Assembly (NCBI GenBank): GCA_913061285.1
Contig: CAJXVR010000001.1
Location: forward strand, 4,554-68,553
From: an uncultured Verrucomicrobiota bacterium
Lineage (GTDB): Bacteria > Verrucomicrobiota > Verrucomicrobiia > Limisphaerales > AAA164-E04
DNA: 64,000 nt
Direction of reading: 5' to 3'
Below the pieces are notes generated by a model. The model made no database searches and was not told the origin of the DNA. It saw nothing but the letters and a program-made list of their open reading frames with translations. A program made the translations under genes and the position numbers. How positions within the stretch are numbered: the first letter of the stretch is position 1; the number at the start of each line of letters is the position of its first letter. Positions 45,142 through 53,856 of this stretch are shown in pieces.

Positions 45142-47202
45142 ATGGCCAAAGACTACGTGCTCCAACCTTATCACTCCGAGGTCGATCTTAAGATCGACTA
45201 CAAGGAGGAGCTTAACCAACAACAGTGGGAAGCTGTGACCTGTCCTCCGGGCCCTGCCTTGGTGATCGCCGGCGCGGGTGCTGGGAAAACGCGTACGTTA
45301 ACCTACCGCGTTGCGTATCTGATCGAGCATGGGGTTGAGGCAGATCGGATCTTACTTCTCACCTTTACCAACAAAGCGGCGAAGGAAATGATGCATCGGG
45401 TGGCATCATTGTTGGGGCAGGAATTGAATTCATTGTGGGGCGGGACGTTTCATTCGATCGGTAATCGCTTGCTCAGACGCCATTCTCAATCCATTGCCTA
45501 CCCTTCGGATTTCACGATCATGGATCGTGAAGATGCCAAGGACTTGCTCAGTGCCTGTATCGCAGCGGAGAAAATTGATGTGAAGGCGACTCGATTTCCT
45601 AAGCCGGATGTGGTTGCTGATATTTTTTCTCAAGCCGTTAACCGGATGATCTCTGTGGACGATATGATCCAGGAACAGTTTGGCTACTTCAAACATCTCA
45701 CCTCACAGATTGAGGCAGTGCTAAAGCGATACATGGACCGGAAGCGGGCCGGAGGCTTGATGGACTTTGATGATCTGCTGGTGCTTTGGTTGGAACTCCT
45801 GAAGAAAGATGAAGTAATTCGACAACGCTATCAGCAACGCTTTCAATACGTTCTCGTCGATGAGTACCAAGATACGAATAAGCTCCAAAGCAGTCTTATC
45901 GACTTACTCGCTGAGGGCCATGGAAACGTGATGGTCGTGGGCGATGATTCGCAAAGTATCTATTCCTGGCGAGGCGCGGACTATACGAACATCTTGGAGT
46001 TTCCCAAACGGTATCATGGGGCGAAAACCTTTAAGATAGAAACCAACTATCGAAGTACCCCTGAAATTCTAAACCTTGCGAATTCAGCGATCGCGGCCAA
46101 CGTGAACCAATTTGACAAGGAGCTTCAGGCAGTGAGAGATACCGGGGCGAAACCAGTTGTCGTCTCCTGTAATGACGCCAATGAGCAGGCGGCCTTTGTC
46201 GCCCAGCGAGCACTTGAGTTGAGAGAAGAGGGGACGGAATTAGATTCGATGGCGATTCTCTATCGCTCTCACTTCCATGCTATGGAGATTCAACTCGAGT
46301 TGACCCGCCGTAATATTCCTTTTGTTATCACCAGCGGAATTCGTTTCTTTGAACAGGCACATATTAAAGACGTCGCGGCCTATATCAAATTGGTGGTAAA
46401 CGCGCGTGATGAGTTGGCCTTTAAGCGGCTTGCGAAAATGTTGCCTGGGATCGGTGCTAAATCGGCGGACAAACTTTGGGCCAAATTCTCTGAGCGCTTG
46501 CCTGATCGACTTGAGTTGCCGGCGGACGAGGACGGATCCGAGGAGAGCGTGTCTGCGCCGCCAATCGAGATTGCCAAGATTCTGGTGGAGTGTGCTGCGC
46601 TGGTTCCAAAAAAGGGAAAAGCGGCCTGGGCTCAGTTGACTGCCACGATTGCGCAGTTGGAGGATGCTGCGATTCGCTCTTCTCCGAGCCGAATGATCGA
46701 ATTGATTTTAGACGCTGGCTACGAGGAATACTTGAAAGAAGTGTTTTCAAACTATCGCTCGCGTCTCGAAGATGTTCAGCAAATTGCCCAATATGCGAGA
46801 CAGTTCGAAAGTCCTGAGGAATTTCTTGCCCAGTTGGCTTTGGAAACGAATCTGGATACGGAAGAAAGAGCACCCGAAACCGAGGACAACGAACGGATCC
46901 GGCTTACGTCGATTCATCAAGCAAAGGGACTCGAGTTTGATGTCGTGTTTGTAGTGATGTTGTGCGATGGCCTCTTTCCTTCGTCTCGATCACTTGAGAA
47001 TCCGGAAGCAGAAGAAGAAGAGCGTCGATTATTCTATGTGGCAACGACACGGGCAAAGAATGAACTCTATCTCTCGTATCCGATGATGCGATTCGCCCAG
47101 GGTCGCACCGGAGACGTGATGCAGCAACCGTCTCGCTTTTTGAATGAGTTGCCAGAGAAAGTTTATGAATCTTGGAATTTGTGTCGTCATAGCAGTTTTT
47201 GA
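45142..47202 (+). CDS. uvrD: ATP-dependent DNA helicase UvrD/PcrA family
   Basis: Motif I AGAGAGKTRTL, motif II VLVDEYQDTN, VGDDSQSIYSWRGA, and TIHQAKGLEF-type SIHQAKGLEFDVVF. The track start at 45025 is a TTG; the ATG at 45142 gives MAKDYVLQ. Confidence 0.9.
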   Translation: MAKDYVLQPYHSEVDLKIDYKEELNQQQWEAVTCPPGPALVIAGAGAGKTRTLTYRVAYLIEHGVEADRILLLTFTNKAAKEMMHRVASLLGQELNSLWGGTFHSIGNRLLRRHSQSIAYPSDFTIMDREDAKDLLSACIAAEKIDVKATRFPKPDVVADIFSQAVNRMISVDDMIQEQFGYFKHLTSQIEAVLKRYMDRKRAGGLMDFDDLLVLWLELLKKDEVIRQRYQQRFQYVLVDEYQDTNKLQSSLIDLLAEGHGNVMVVGDDSQSIYSWRGADYTNILEFPKRYHGAKTFKIETNYRSTPEILNLANSAIAANVNQFDKELQAVRDTGAKPVVVSCNDANEQAAFVAQRALELREEGTELDSMAILYRSHFHAMEIQLELTRRNIPFVITSGIRFFEQAHIKDVAAYIKLVVNARDELAFKRLAKMLPGIGAKSADKLWAKFSERLPDRLELPADEDGSEESVSAPPIEIAKILVECAALVPKKGKAAWAQLTATIAQLEDAAIRSSPSRMIELILDAGYEEYLKEVFSNYRSRLEDVQQIAQYARQFESPEEFLAQLALETNLDTEERAPETEDNERIRLTSIHQAKGLEFDVVFVVMLCDGLFPSSRSLENPEAEEEERRLFYVATTRAKNELYLSYPMMRFAQGRTGDVMQQPSRFLNELPEKVYESWNLCRHSSF

Positions 47203-47234
47203 CGACGCGGACTGACTTGAGGGATTGAACGATA

Positions 47235-47687
47235 ATGAGATTGCTAAGAACAACCGTCGTTTTGATAGCCTGCTGCGCCTTGTTGGGGTGCTCGACCACT
47301 TCGCCGAACCCCGAGTTGGGTATGTCAAGACGAGGGGTTGGTGTTTCCGGACAGGATGTTGATGAGCTACGGCGGTCGCTCGTTCTTTTCATCGGGGAAC
47401 AAGACTACGAACTTGCGGACTCCGATAGACGAACGCTCGATTTCGATCGGCTTGCCTCAAAATGGGCCTCCATGCGATATGGTTCCTTTGTTAATCCTGA
47501 AACCTTCATTCGCATGAAGGTGATTATCATGGAAGTAGGAGCCTCAGATTACTGGGTGAGTTTTGAACCCTTGATTGTTACTGAACGTGGATCTGGCTTT
47601 GAGGCCGCCAAGCCTCTCAAGGGAAGCGCTGTCCGTGAAATGCAGTCGATACTGGAAAGCTGGAAGCTTCAGTTGTCAGAAGGGTAG
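47235..47687 (+). CDS. Hypothetical lipoprotein
   Basis: MRLLRTTVVLIACCALLGCSTT carries the lipobox LLGC. 150 aa; I recognise no family. Confidence 0.55.
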   Translation: MRLLRTTVVLIACCALLGCSTTSPNPELGMSRRGVGVSGQDVDELRRSLVLFIGEQDYELADSDRRTLDFDRLASKWASMRYGSFVNPETFIRMKVIIMEVGASDYWVSFEPLIVTERGSGFEAAKPLKGSAVREMQSILESWKLQLSEG

Positions 47688-47821
47688 CGGGGCGCTTCAT
47701 AAATCTCTATCGGATGGCCTCGTTCCTTTGAGGGTGCCGGGGTGTTTTTGATTCCCGGAATATCGGGAGTTGAAAGCGATTGCCTTCTGGTTAGATCTGA
47801 GGGAATGATAGAGGAGGTATT

Positions 47822-48052
47822 GTGATCGCGACACAGGAACAGTTCTCGGAAGCAAGAAGGCTGCTCGAATGGCAAAATGTCCCTCTGGGCCGTTCGATCC
47901 GTGGCCGCGTCGATCTTCTGGTGCGAGCGATTCCATCGCTGCTCAATAGCATCGCTCAGGAGCTAACGGGGATTCAAACGACTGGAAGCGCGAAGCTACG
48001 TTTCATCTCTCTCGTTACTCACCATTGCAAATTTCTTAGATTCTCTGAATAA
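47822..48052 (+). CDS. Possible small protein (76 aa) upstream of trhO
   Basis: GTG start preceded by GAGGAGG with ~4-nt spacing. It ends 9 nt before trhO. Predicted helical, with no family I recognise. It sits in an otherwise 374-bp gap. Confidence 0.3.
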   Translation: MIATQEQFSEARRLLEWQNVPLGRSIRGRVDLLVRAIPSLLNSIAQELTGIQTTGSAKLRFISLVTHHCKFLRFSE

Positions 48053-48061
48053 ACTTCATCT

Positions 48062-49006
48062 ATGAATGAGTCACTGCCTCTGGTTGTTCTTCTCTACTAC
48101 AAATACGTTCGAATCGATGAGCCCGAGAATTTTGTGAAGGCCCATCGGATCCTTTGTGAATCATTGGGATTGAAAGGAAGGATCTTGGTCGCTGAGGAAG
48201 GCATCAACGGCACGGTCGTTGGCCAACCTGAGGCAACCCGCCAATACCAAGAAGCCATGGCTGCGGATCCGAGATTCGCCGATATGGAATTCAAGCTGAG
48301 TCAGGGCAGTGAGAGTACGTTTCCGAAATTGATGATTAAGGTTCGGAATGAGATCGTTACTCTAGGCCTCGAAGAGGACGTGGATCCAAACGAAACAACA
48401 GGTAAACACCTTTCGCCACAGGAGTGGAAGGAGATGTTGGATCGAGAGAAGGACGATATTGTAGTGTTTGATGCCCGGAATCGATACGAGTCTGACGTTG
48501 GATATTTCGAAAACGCGATCAAGCCTGACATTGAGAACTTTCGCGATCTGCCTGATCGCGTTGACGACTATGCTCATCTTAAGGACAAGAAATTCTTGAT
48601 GTATTGCACCGGTGGCATTCGCTGTGAAAAGGCATCCGCTCTTTTCAAAGAGCGAGGCTTTAAAAATGTCTACCAACTACATGGTGGAATCGTGAGTTAC
48701 TTGGAGAAAGAAGGCCGCGTTCATTGGGAAGGGGATTGTTTCGTTTTCGATCAACGAATGGTGGTGCCGGACGACTTTGCGTTGGCGGATGAACCCGTGG
48801 GGCAGTGTGAACATACAGGCGCCAAAACCCGAAAATTTGTGAATTGCATTCACGTGCCTTGCCATCGTTTGTTCTTGGTGAATCCTGAGGCCTTGGCTGA
48901 GCATCCAGAGTTCGAGATTTGTGCGCGTTGCACCGAAGCTGGCGTGACGCTTGAGACGGTCGATCGTGGGGGAACTGCCATCCCTAAGACACCGCAAGCG
49001 TCCTAA
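48062..49006 (+). CDS. trhO: Rhodanese-domain tRNA uridine(34) hydroxylase (YceA/UPF0176)
   Basis: N-terminus VLLYYKYVRIDEPE...AEEGINGT and the rhodanese active site YCTGGIRCEKAS. A C-terminal Cys cluster is present. Confidence 0.85.
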   Translation: MNESLPLVVLLYYKYVRIDEPENFVKAHRILCESLGLKGRILVAEEGINGTVVGQPEATRQYQEAMAADPRFADMEFKLSQGSESTFPKLMIKVRNEIVTLGLEEDVDPNETTGKHLSPQEWKEMLDREKDDIVVFDARNRYESDVGYFENAIKPDIENFRDLPDRVDDYAHLKDKKFLMYCTGGIRCEKASALFKERGFKNVYQLHGGIVSYLEKEGRVHWEGDCFVFDQRMVVPDDFALADEPVGQCEHTGAKTRKFVNCIHVPCHRLFLVNPEALAEHPEFEICARCTEAGVTLETVDRGGTAIPKTPQAS

Positions 49007-49827
49007 AGATGTTCCTGATTGAGGGGTTCGGATACGCGAGTGACGGAGCGACATTGTCCGGTGAGCTCATCGATATCCAGTAGGGCTCCCTTGATGTAGA
49101 TGCGGCGTTTCGCCACTTCAAAACGTTGGGGGCGTTGTGTCAAGAAACGCTCAATGATAGGGGGAATTTCTCTCCCAAGAACACTCTCTTGCGCTCCGGT
49201 GAATCCGGCATCACAGAGAAACCCGGTGCCTCCGGGGAACACTTGCTCGTCGGCGGTTTGAACGTGCGTGTGGGTGCCTACAAGGGCGGTGATTCGCCCG
49301 TCCAGGAAGCGTCCCATGGCAATCTTCTCTGAGGTTGCTTCGGCATGCATATCGACAAAGATATTTGGTGTGATATCGCGAAGTTTAGGAATGAGCCGGT
49401 CGATTGCATGGAAGGGGCATTCGAGATCACCCATAAAGGTTCTCCCTTGAAGATTGACGATCACGACATTGACCCCGTTTTCGTGAGTCCAGACGGTGTA
49501 GCCTTGTCCTGGGGTGCCCGATGGATAGTTGAGTGGTCGGACGAAGCGTGTTTCCACTTCGAGCAGCCCGCTTACGGTTCGTTGATCCCACAGATGATCA
49601 CCTGTGGTAATGATATCGACTCCAGTGTCGTAAATCTCTGCCGCGATATCGGGTGTGATCCCTGACCCTCCGGCGGAGTTCTCCCCATTGGCGATCACCA
49701 GATCGATACTGTTCTGAATGCGATAGAGTGGCAGAATCTCTCTAAGAATACGTCTTCCGGGAGAGCCTACGATATCGCCAATGAATAGAATTTTCACCTG
49801 CCGGAACCTATCGCATGCCAGAGGCAT
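49003..49827 (-). CDS. YmdB-like (TIGR00282) metallophosphoesterase
   Basis: KILFIGDIVGSPGR, NGENSAGGSGIT, TTGDHLWD and DMHAEATSEK motifs. The start is uncertain: ATG at 49887 or 49827, or GTG at 49797 giving the canonical (M)KILFIGD. Confidence 0.85.
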   Translation of the reverse strand: MPLACDRFRQVKILFIGDIVGSPGRRILREILPLYRIQNSIDLVIANGENSAGGSGITPDIAAEIYDTGVDIITTGDHLWDQRTVSGLLEVETRFVRPLNYPSGTPGQGYTVWTHENGVNVVIVNLQGRTFMGDLECPFHAIDRLIPKLRDITPNIFVDMHAEATSEKIAMGRFLDGRITALVGTHTHVQTADEQVFPGGTGFLCDAGFTGAQESVLGREIPPIIERFLTQRPQRFEVAKRRIYIKGALLDIDELTGQCRSVTRVSEPLNQEHL

Positions 49828-49995
49828 GACAAGAAAAAGGGAGTTTGGGCGGCGATCCGTTAGGAGAATGGGGCCGAGTTCGGCCATTTCCGAAGATAAT
49901 GAAAGCGGGGGCCAACCAAGAAGTGAGCGCTTGGAGCCTTCCGTTTTCGAAACGCCAGCTTTTTGCCGGTTGACGTTCTTGAAATAGCGCCTTAA

Positions 49996-50400
49996 ATGCG
50001 GGGTATGCGATGGTTGGTAATGTTAGTGCTTGGGGGACTGCTTGGAACAGGATGTCAAACCAATCGCCCTAAAGCAAGCAGTGGGGCGGAGGGAGTGCCT
50101 CTCTTGTCTGAAGCCGGTGAGGGGAACTCGGTACAGGCCGCGCCGACCAACGGTGAGCCGGTGATTATTCCGATAACCAGTCCAACGGGTGTCGTGGCAA
50201 CAGTGAACGATCCCCTTCGCTTTGTCGTTCTTGACTATGCCCTTAGCAACTTACCCAAGCTGGACCAGCGTTTGTTTATTTACCGTCGCGGTCAGAAAGT
50301 CGCCGAAGTGAAAGTCACGGGCCCGTTCCGAGGGCAAACGGTGGCCGCAGATATTATTGAGGGTATTGCAGCAGCGGGGGACGAAGTTCGTGCTGAGTGA
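49996..50400 (+). CDS. Hypothetical lipoprotein
   Basis: MRGMRWLVMLVLGGLLGTGCQT carries the lipobox LGTGC. 134 aa. Confidence 0.55.
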   Translation: MRGMRWLVMLVLGGLLGTGCQTNRPKASSGAEGVPLLSEAGEGNSVQAAPTNGEPVIIPITSPTGVVATVNDPLRFVVLDYALSNLPKLDQRLFIYRRGQKVAEVKVTGPFRGQTVAADIIEGIAAAGDEVRAE

Positions 50401-50456
50401 CTCAGCCCAAGCGAGCCAACTCCCTGCCGCATGCAAGCCTACCCCATAAGTGGGCC

Positions 50457-52595
50457 TTATTTCTTAGGCGTGAAGTCGAGCGTCTCGACGAGAAACGCCC
50501 ACTGATCGGCAATCTCTTCAATGACCTTGCTGGTGGGCTTTCCAGCCCCATGACCGGCGCGGGTCTCGATTCTAATGAGCACCGGATTGTCGCCGCTGTG
50601 ATATTCTTGAAGTCGTGCCGCATATTTGAAACTGTGCCCAGGAACGACGCGGTCATCGGTATCGGCGGTCGTTACCAAGGTTGCGGGGTAGTGTGTCCCG
50701 GGTTTTAGATTATGATAAGGTGAGTAGGCGTAGAGGGCTTTGAATTCCTCTGTGTTATCGGAGGAGCCGTAGTCATCCACCCAAAATCTTCCAGCCGTGA
50801 ATTTCTGGAACCGTAGCATATCCATCACTCCAACGGCAGGAAGTCCCGCAGCATAGAGCTCGGGGCGCTGGTTCATGCAGGCTCCGATCAGAAGGCCTCC
50901 ATTGCTGCCACCCTGAATGGCGAGTTTGCTTGAATTCGTGTAGTCTTTCGCGATTAACCACTCTGCAGCGGCAATGAAGTCATCGAAGACATTTTGCTTT
51001 TGAAGCTTCGTGCCTGCTTTGTGCCATGCCTTGCCGTACTCCCCTCCACCGCGAAGGTTTGCTTGGGCGTAGATGCCACCCATCTCCATCCAAGCAAGTC
51101 GACTGATCGAAAAACGGGCTGGTAGCGAAATGTTGAATCCACCGTAGCCGTAAAGGAGCGTCGGGTTGTTGCCATCGAGTTTGATGTCTTTGTGATGGGA
51201 GAGGAACATTGGCACTCGGGTGCCATCCTTGCTCTGGTAGAACACTTGTTCCACGACGTAATCGTCAGGATTGAACCGTACCTTAGGTTGGCGGATGAGT
51301 TCGCTCTCTCCGGTGAGAATGTCGTAGCGATAGACGCTTGGTGGGCGGTTGAGGCTGTTAAAGGAGTAGAAGGTTTCTGTGTCGGTTCGCTTTCCGCCGA
51401 AGCCTGAGGCCGTTCCAATGCCAGGAAAGCTCACCTCTCGAACGAAGGTTCCACTGATGGAGTAGAGTTTTACCTGGGTTTTGGCGTCCTTCAGGTATTC
51501 GGTGACAAAGACGTTGCCTACGATCCCAACGCTCGAAAGCGCATTTTCTGATTCTGGAATCACCTCGCGCCGTTTCTTGGGCTCCCGGATATCAATGGCG
51601 ACGACGCGTCCGTTAGGGGCTTCGAGATTTGTTTTGAAGTAGAACACTGGTCCGTCGTTGCCGACAAAGCTGTATTCGTTCTCGAAGTTGTCGATGAGAT
51701 CGATTGGTAGGGCGTAAGGCTCGTTGAGATCGCGATAGAGGACGCGATAATTGTCGTCGGTTCCCTTCCATACGGTAAGAACGAGGTAGCGGCCGTCCTC
51801 GGTCACCGATGCTCCAAAACCCCAATCGGGATAGTCCGGGCGTTGGTAAACAAGAACATCCTGGTCTTGCTGGGTTCCGATGCGGTGGTAGTAGACCATC
51901 TGGTTCTTATTGAGCGACTGAAAGGCGTCTCCTTCTCTAGGCGCTGGATAGCGGCTGTAAAAGAAGCCTCGGCTATCGTTGGTCCAACTGACACCGCTAA
52001 ATTTGATCCAGTGAAGTTCCTCACTCAGGACTTCCTTGGTCTCAAGATTCATGATCCGCCACGTTCGCCAATCCGAGCCGCCGTCTTGGATGCTGTAGGC
52101 CATGTGGCCCGCGTCCTCAGAGAAGACGACGGATCCGAGGGCTATGGTACCGTCTTCTGACCAGGTGTTTGGGTCGACGACTAGTTCGGGTTCACTCGTA
52201 AGGGTACGTTGACGAAAGAGAACGTTTTGGTTCTGGAGCCCGTCATTTTTCCAAAAGTAATACCAATCGCCTCGCTTGAAGGGGGAGCCGATCTTTTCGT
52301 AGTTCCAAAGCTCTGTCAGCCTATCTTCGATCGCTTGTCGGTGCGGGAGGGCCTTGAGGTAGCCGAAAGTGACCTTGTTTTGTGCTTCAACCCAGTGCTC
52401 GACTTCGTTGGATTCGCGGACGTCCTCTTCAAGCCAACGGTAGGGATCGGCAACCTGGGTGCCGTGATAGTCATCCGTGTGCAGTGATTTCTTGGATTGA
52501 GGATACGTCAGTTTGTCGGCGGCCGCAGGGTTCATAAGTGAGACACACCCGACGGTGAGTAGCAAAGGGATAAAGGATCGGCATTTGCGTAACAT
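50457..52595 (-). CDS. Prolyl oligopeptidase (S9A family)
   Basis: YPQSKK...DPYRWLED at the N-terminus, a beta-propeller body, the catalytic Ser motif GGSNGGLL, and DDRV plus GHG for the Asp/His region. Signal-like N-terminus. Confidence 0.9.
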   Translation of the reverse strand: MLRKCRSFIPLLLTVGCVSLMNPAAADKLTYPQSKKSLHTDDYHGTQVADPYRWLEEDVRESNEVEHWVEAQNKVTFGYLKALPHRQAIEDRLTELWNYEKIGSPFKRGDWYYFWKNDGLQNQNVLFRQRTLTSEPELVVDPNTWSEDGTIALGSVVFSEDAGHMAYSIQDGGSDWRTWRIMNLETKEVLSEELHWIKFSGVSWTNDSRGFFYSRYPAPREGDAFQSLNKNQMVYYHRIGTQQDQDVLVYQRPDYPDWGFGASVTEDGRYLVLTVWKGTDDNYRVLYRDLNEPYALPIDLIDNFENEYSFVGNDGPVFYFKTNLEAPNGRVVAIDIREPKKRREVIPESENALSSVGIVGNVFVTEYLKDAKTQVKLYSISGTFVREVSFPGIGTASGFGGKRTDTETFYSFNSLNRPPSVYRYDILTGESELIRQPKVRFNPDDYVVEQVFYQSKDGTRVPMFLSHHKDIKLDGNNPTLLYGYGGFNISLPARFSISRLAWMEMGGIYAQANLRGGGEYGKAWHKAGTKLQKQNVFDDFIAAAEWLIAKDYTNSSKLAIQGGSNGGLLIGACMNQRPELYAAGLPAVGVMDMLRFQKFTAGRFWVDDYGSSDNTEEFKALYAYSPYHNLKPGTHYPATLVTTADTDDRVVPGHSFKYAARLQEYHSGDNPVLIRIETRAGHGAGKPTSKVIEEIADQWAFLVETLDFTPKK

Positions 52596-52741
52596 AAGAG
52601 TCCTCGCTCGTTCGTTGTGTTCTGAGTTGAGATTGCAGAGCCTTATAGCTCTCCTAGAGCCAGAAACGATACTCCTTCGGTGCTACCGGACAAGTGTTTA
52701 TCCGGCTCTTCGATTAGAATTGGAGCGAAATCGAAGGGGAG

Positions 52742-53023
52742 CTACTCCTTCTTGTGGTACGGAGAATGGAGATTGAAATAGATCCCGCAAAGGGGTTTTT
52801 CGGCGTCCGTTTGACTGAGGATAATCGTGACTTGACGATCGAGTGCGATTCCATGACGTAGGCCAGGTCCCCGTTCGACGTAGGCCTTGATTGCTTTTTC
52901 CAATAAACGCACGAGGGATGCTTTGCAGTCCTCAGGTGGTTTATCGAGGCAGATTACGAATTTGTCGTAGGAGCGAAGTGCCTCGGCAATTTCTGTCGTG
53001 AATGTTTCGACGTTCAAATCCAT
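52742..53023 (-). CDS. Small hypothetical protein downstream of yggS
   Basis: 93 aa with an ATG start, 50 nt downstream of yggS on the same strand. I recognise no motif. Confidence 0.45.
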   Translation of the reverse strand: MDLNVETFTTEIAEALRSYDKFVICLDKPPEDCKASLVRLLEKAIKAYVERGPGLRHGIALDRQVTIILSQTDAEKPLCGIYFNLHSPYHKKE

Positions 53024-53073
53024 CGGCGCGAGATTAGAGGAACGGAATTGATTGTAAATAGTGGACCGAACGA

Positions 53074-53769
53074 TCAGCGGACTGATTTCCGTTTTCGTTC
53101 CCCAAAAAGGGTGGTTCCGAGACGAACCATGGTCGCCCCTTCTTCAATGGCGATTTCGAAATCCCCGCTCATTCCCATGCTCAATTCTGGTAAGGGCGCT
53201 CCCAAAATGGCCTCCGCTTCCTGTTGCAATTCTTTCAAGCGGCGAAAGTAGGGGCGTGATTTTTCTGGCTCCTTGGCCCATGGCGCCATGCACATGAATC
53301 CGTGGATCTCTAGGCGATCATAGGTATTTAGCTCGAGGAGTGTGTTGAGAACCTCATTAGGACTAAATCCGTACTTGGTCGCCTCGCCGGACACGTTCAC
53401 TTCAAGGAGGACGGGTAGTGTCTTTGCTAGCTTGATGCATGCATCCTGAAGAGCCTCTGCCACGCGGTCACTATCGACACTATGGATCATCCGGGAAAAA
53501 TAGGCCGCATCGCGACATTTGTTTGTCTGGAGATGGCCAATGAAATCCCACTTTAGATTGCCTGGACATTGCCCTCGCTTGAGTTTGAGTTCCTGGACCT
53601 TATTTTCTCCAAAGAGGGTTAGGCCGGCATCGGCCGCCTCGCGAATGCGCTCAGGGGGATGTCCCTTACTGACGGCAATGAGCGTCACGTCGTCGGGAGT
53701 CCTAGCGGCTCGATCGCAGGCACGGTTGATTCGTTCCTGAATTGAGGTAAGGGTTTCGTTGATGCTCAT
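53074..53769 (-). CDS. yggS: YggS-family pyridoxal phosphate homeostasis protein
   Basis: LIAVSKGHP (PLP lysine), FGENKVQE, HFIGHLQTNK-like DFIGHLQTNK, and SMGMSGDFEIAIEEG. Confidence 0.88.
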   Translation of the reverse strand: MSINETLTSIQERINRACDRAARTPDDVTLIAVSKGHPPERIREAADAGLTLFGENKVQELKLKRGQCPGNLKWDFIGHLQTNKCRDAAYFSRMIHSVDSDRVAEALQDACIKLAKTLPVLLEVNVSGEATKYGFSPNEVLNTLLELNTYDRLEIHGFMCMAPWAKEPEKSRPYFRRLKELQQEAEAILGAPLPELSMGMSGDFEIAIEEGATMVRLGTTLFGERKRKSVR

Positions 53770-53856
53770 GCGCTTGATTTACCGGATCCGGAAAAACATT
53801 GAAACTAGGTTTTTCATGTTGATGATTTTTGACCATACTCAAAGGAGGATTTAGTC

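Noticed and set aside
49003-49006. 4-nt convergent overlap of the trhO and ymdB-like stop regions, as a regulatory feature
   Set aside because: Overlapping convergent 3-prime ends are common in compact genomes, and there is no associated structure.
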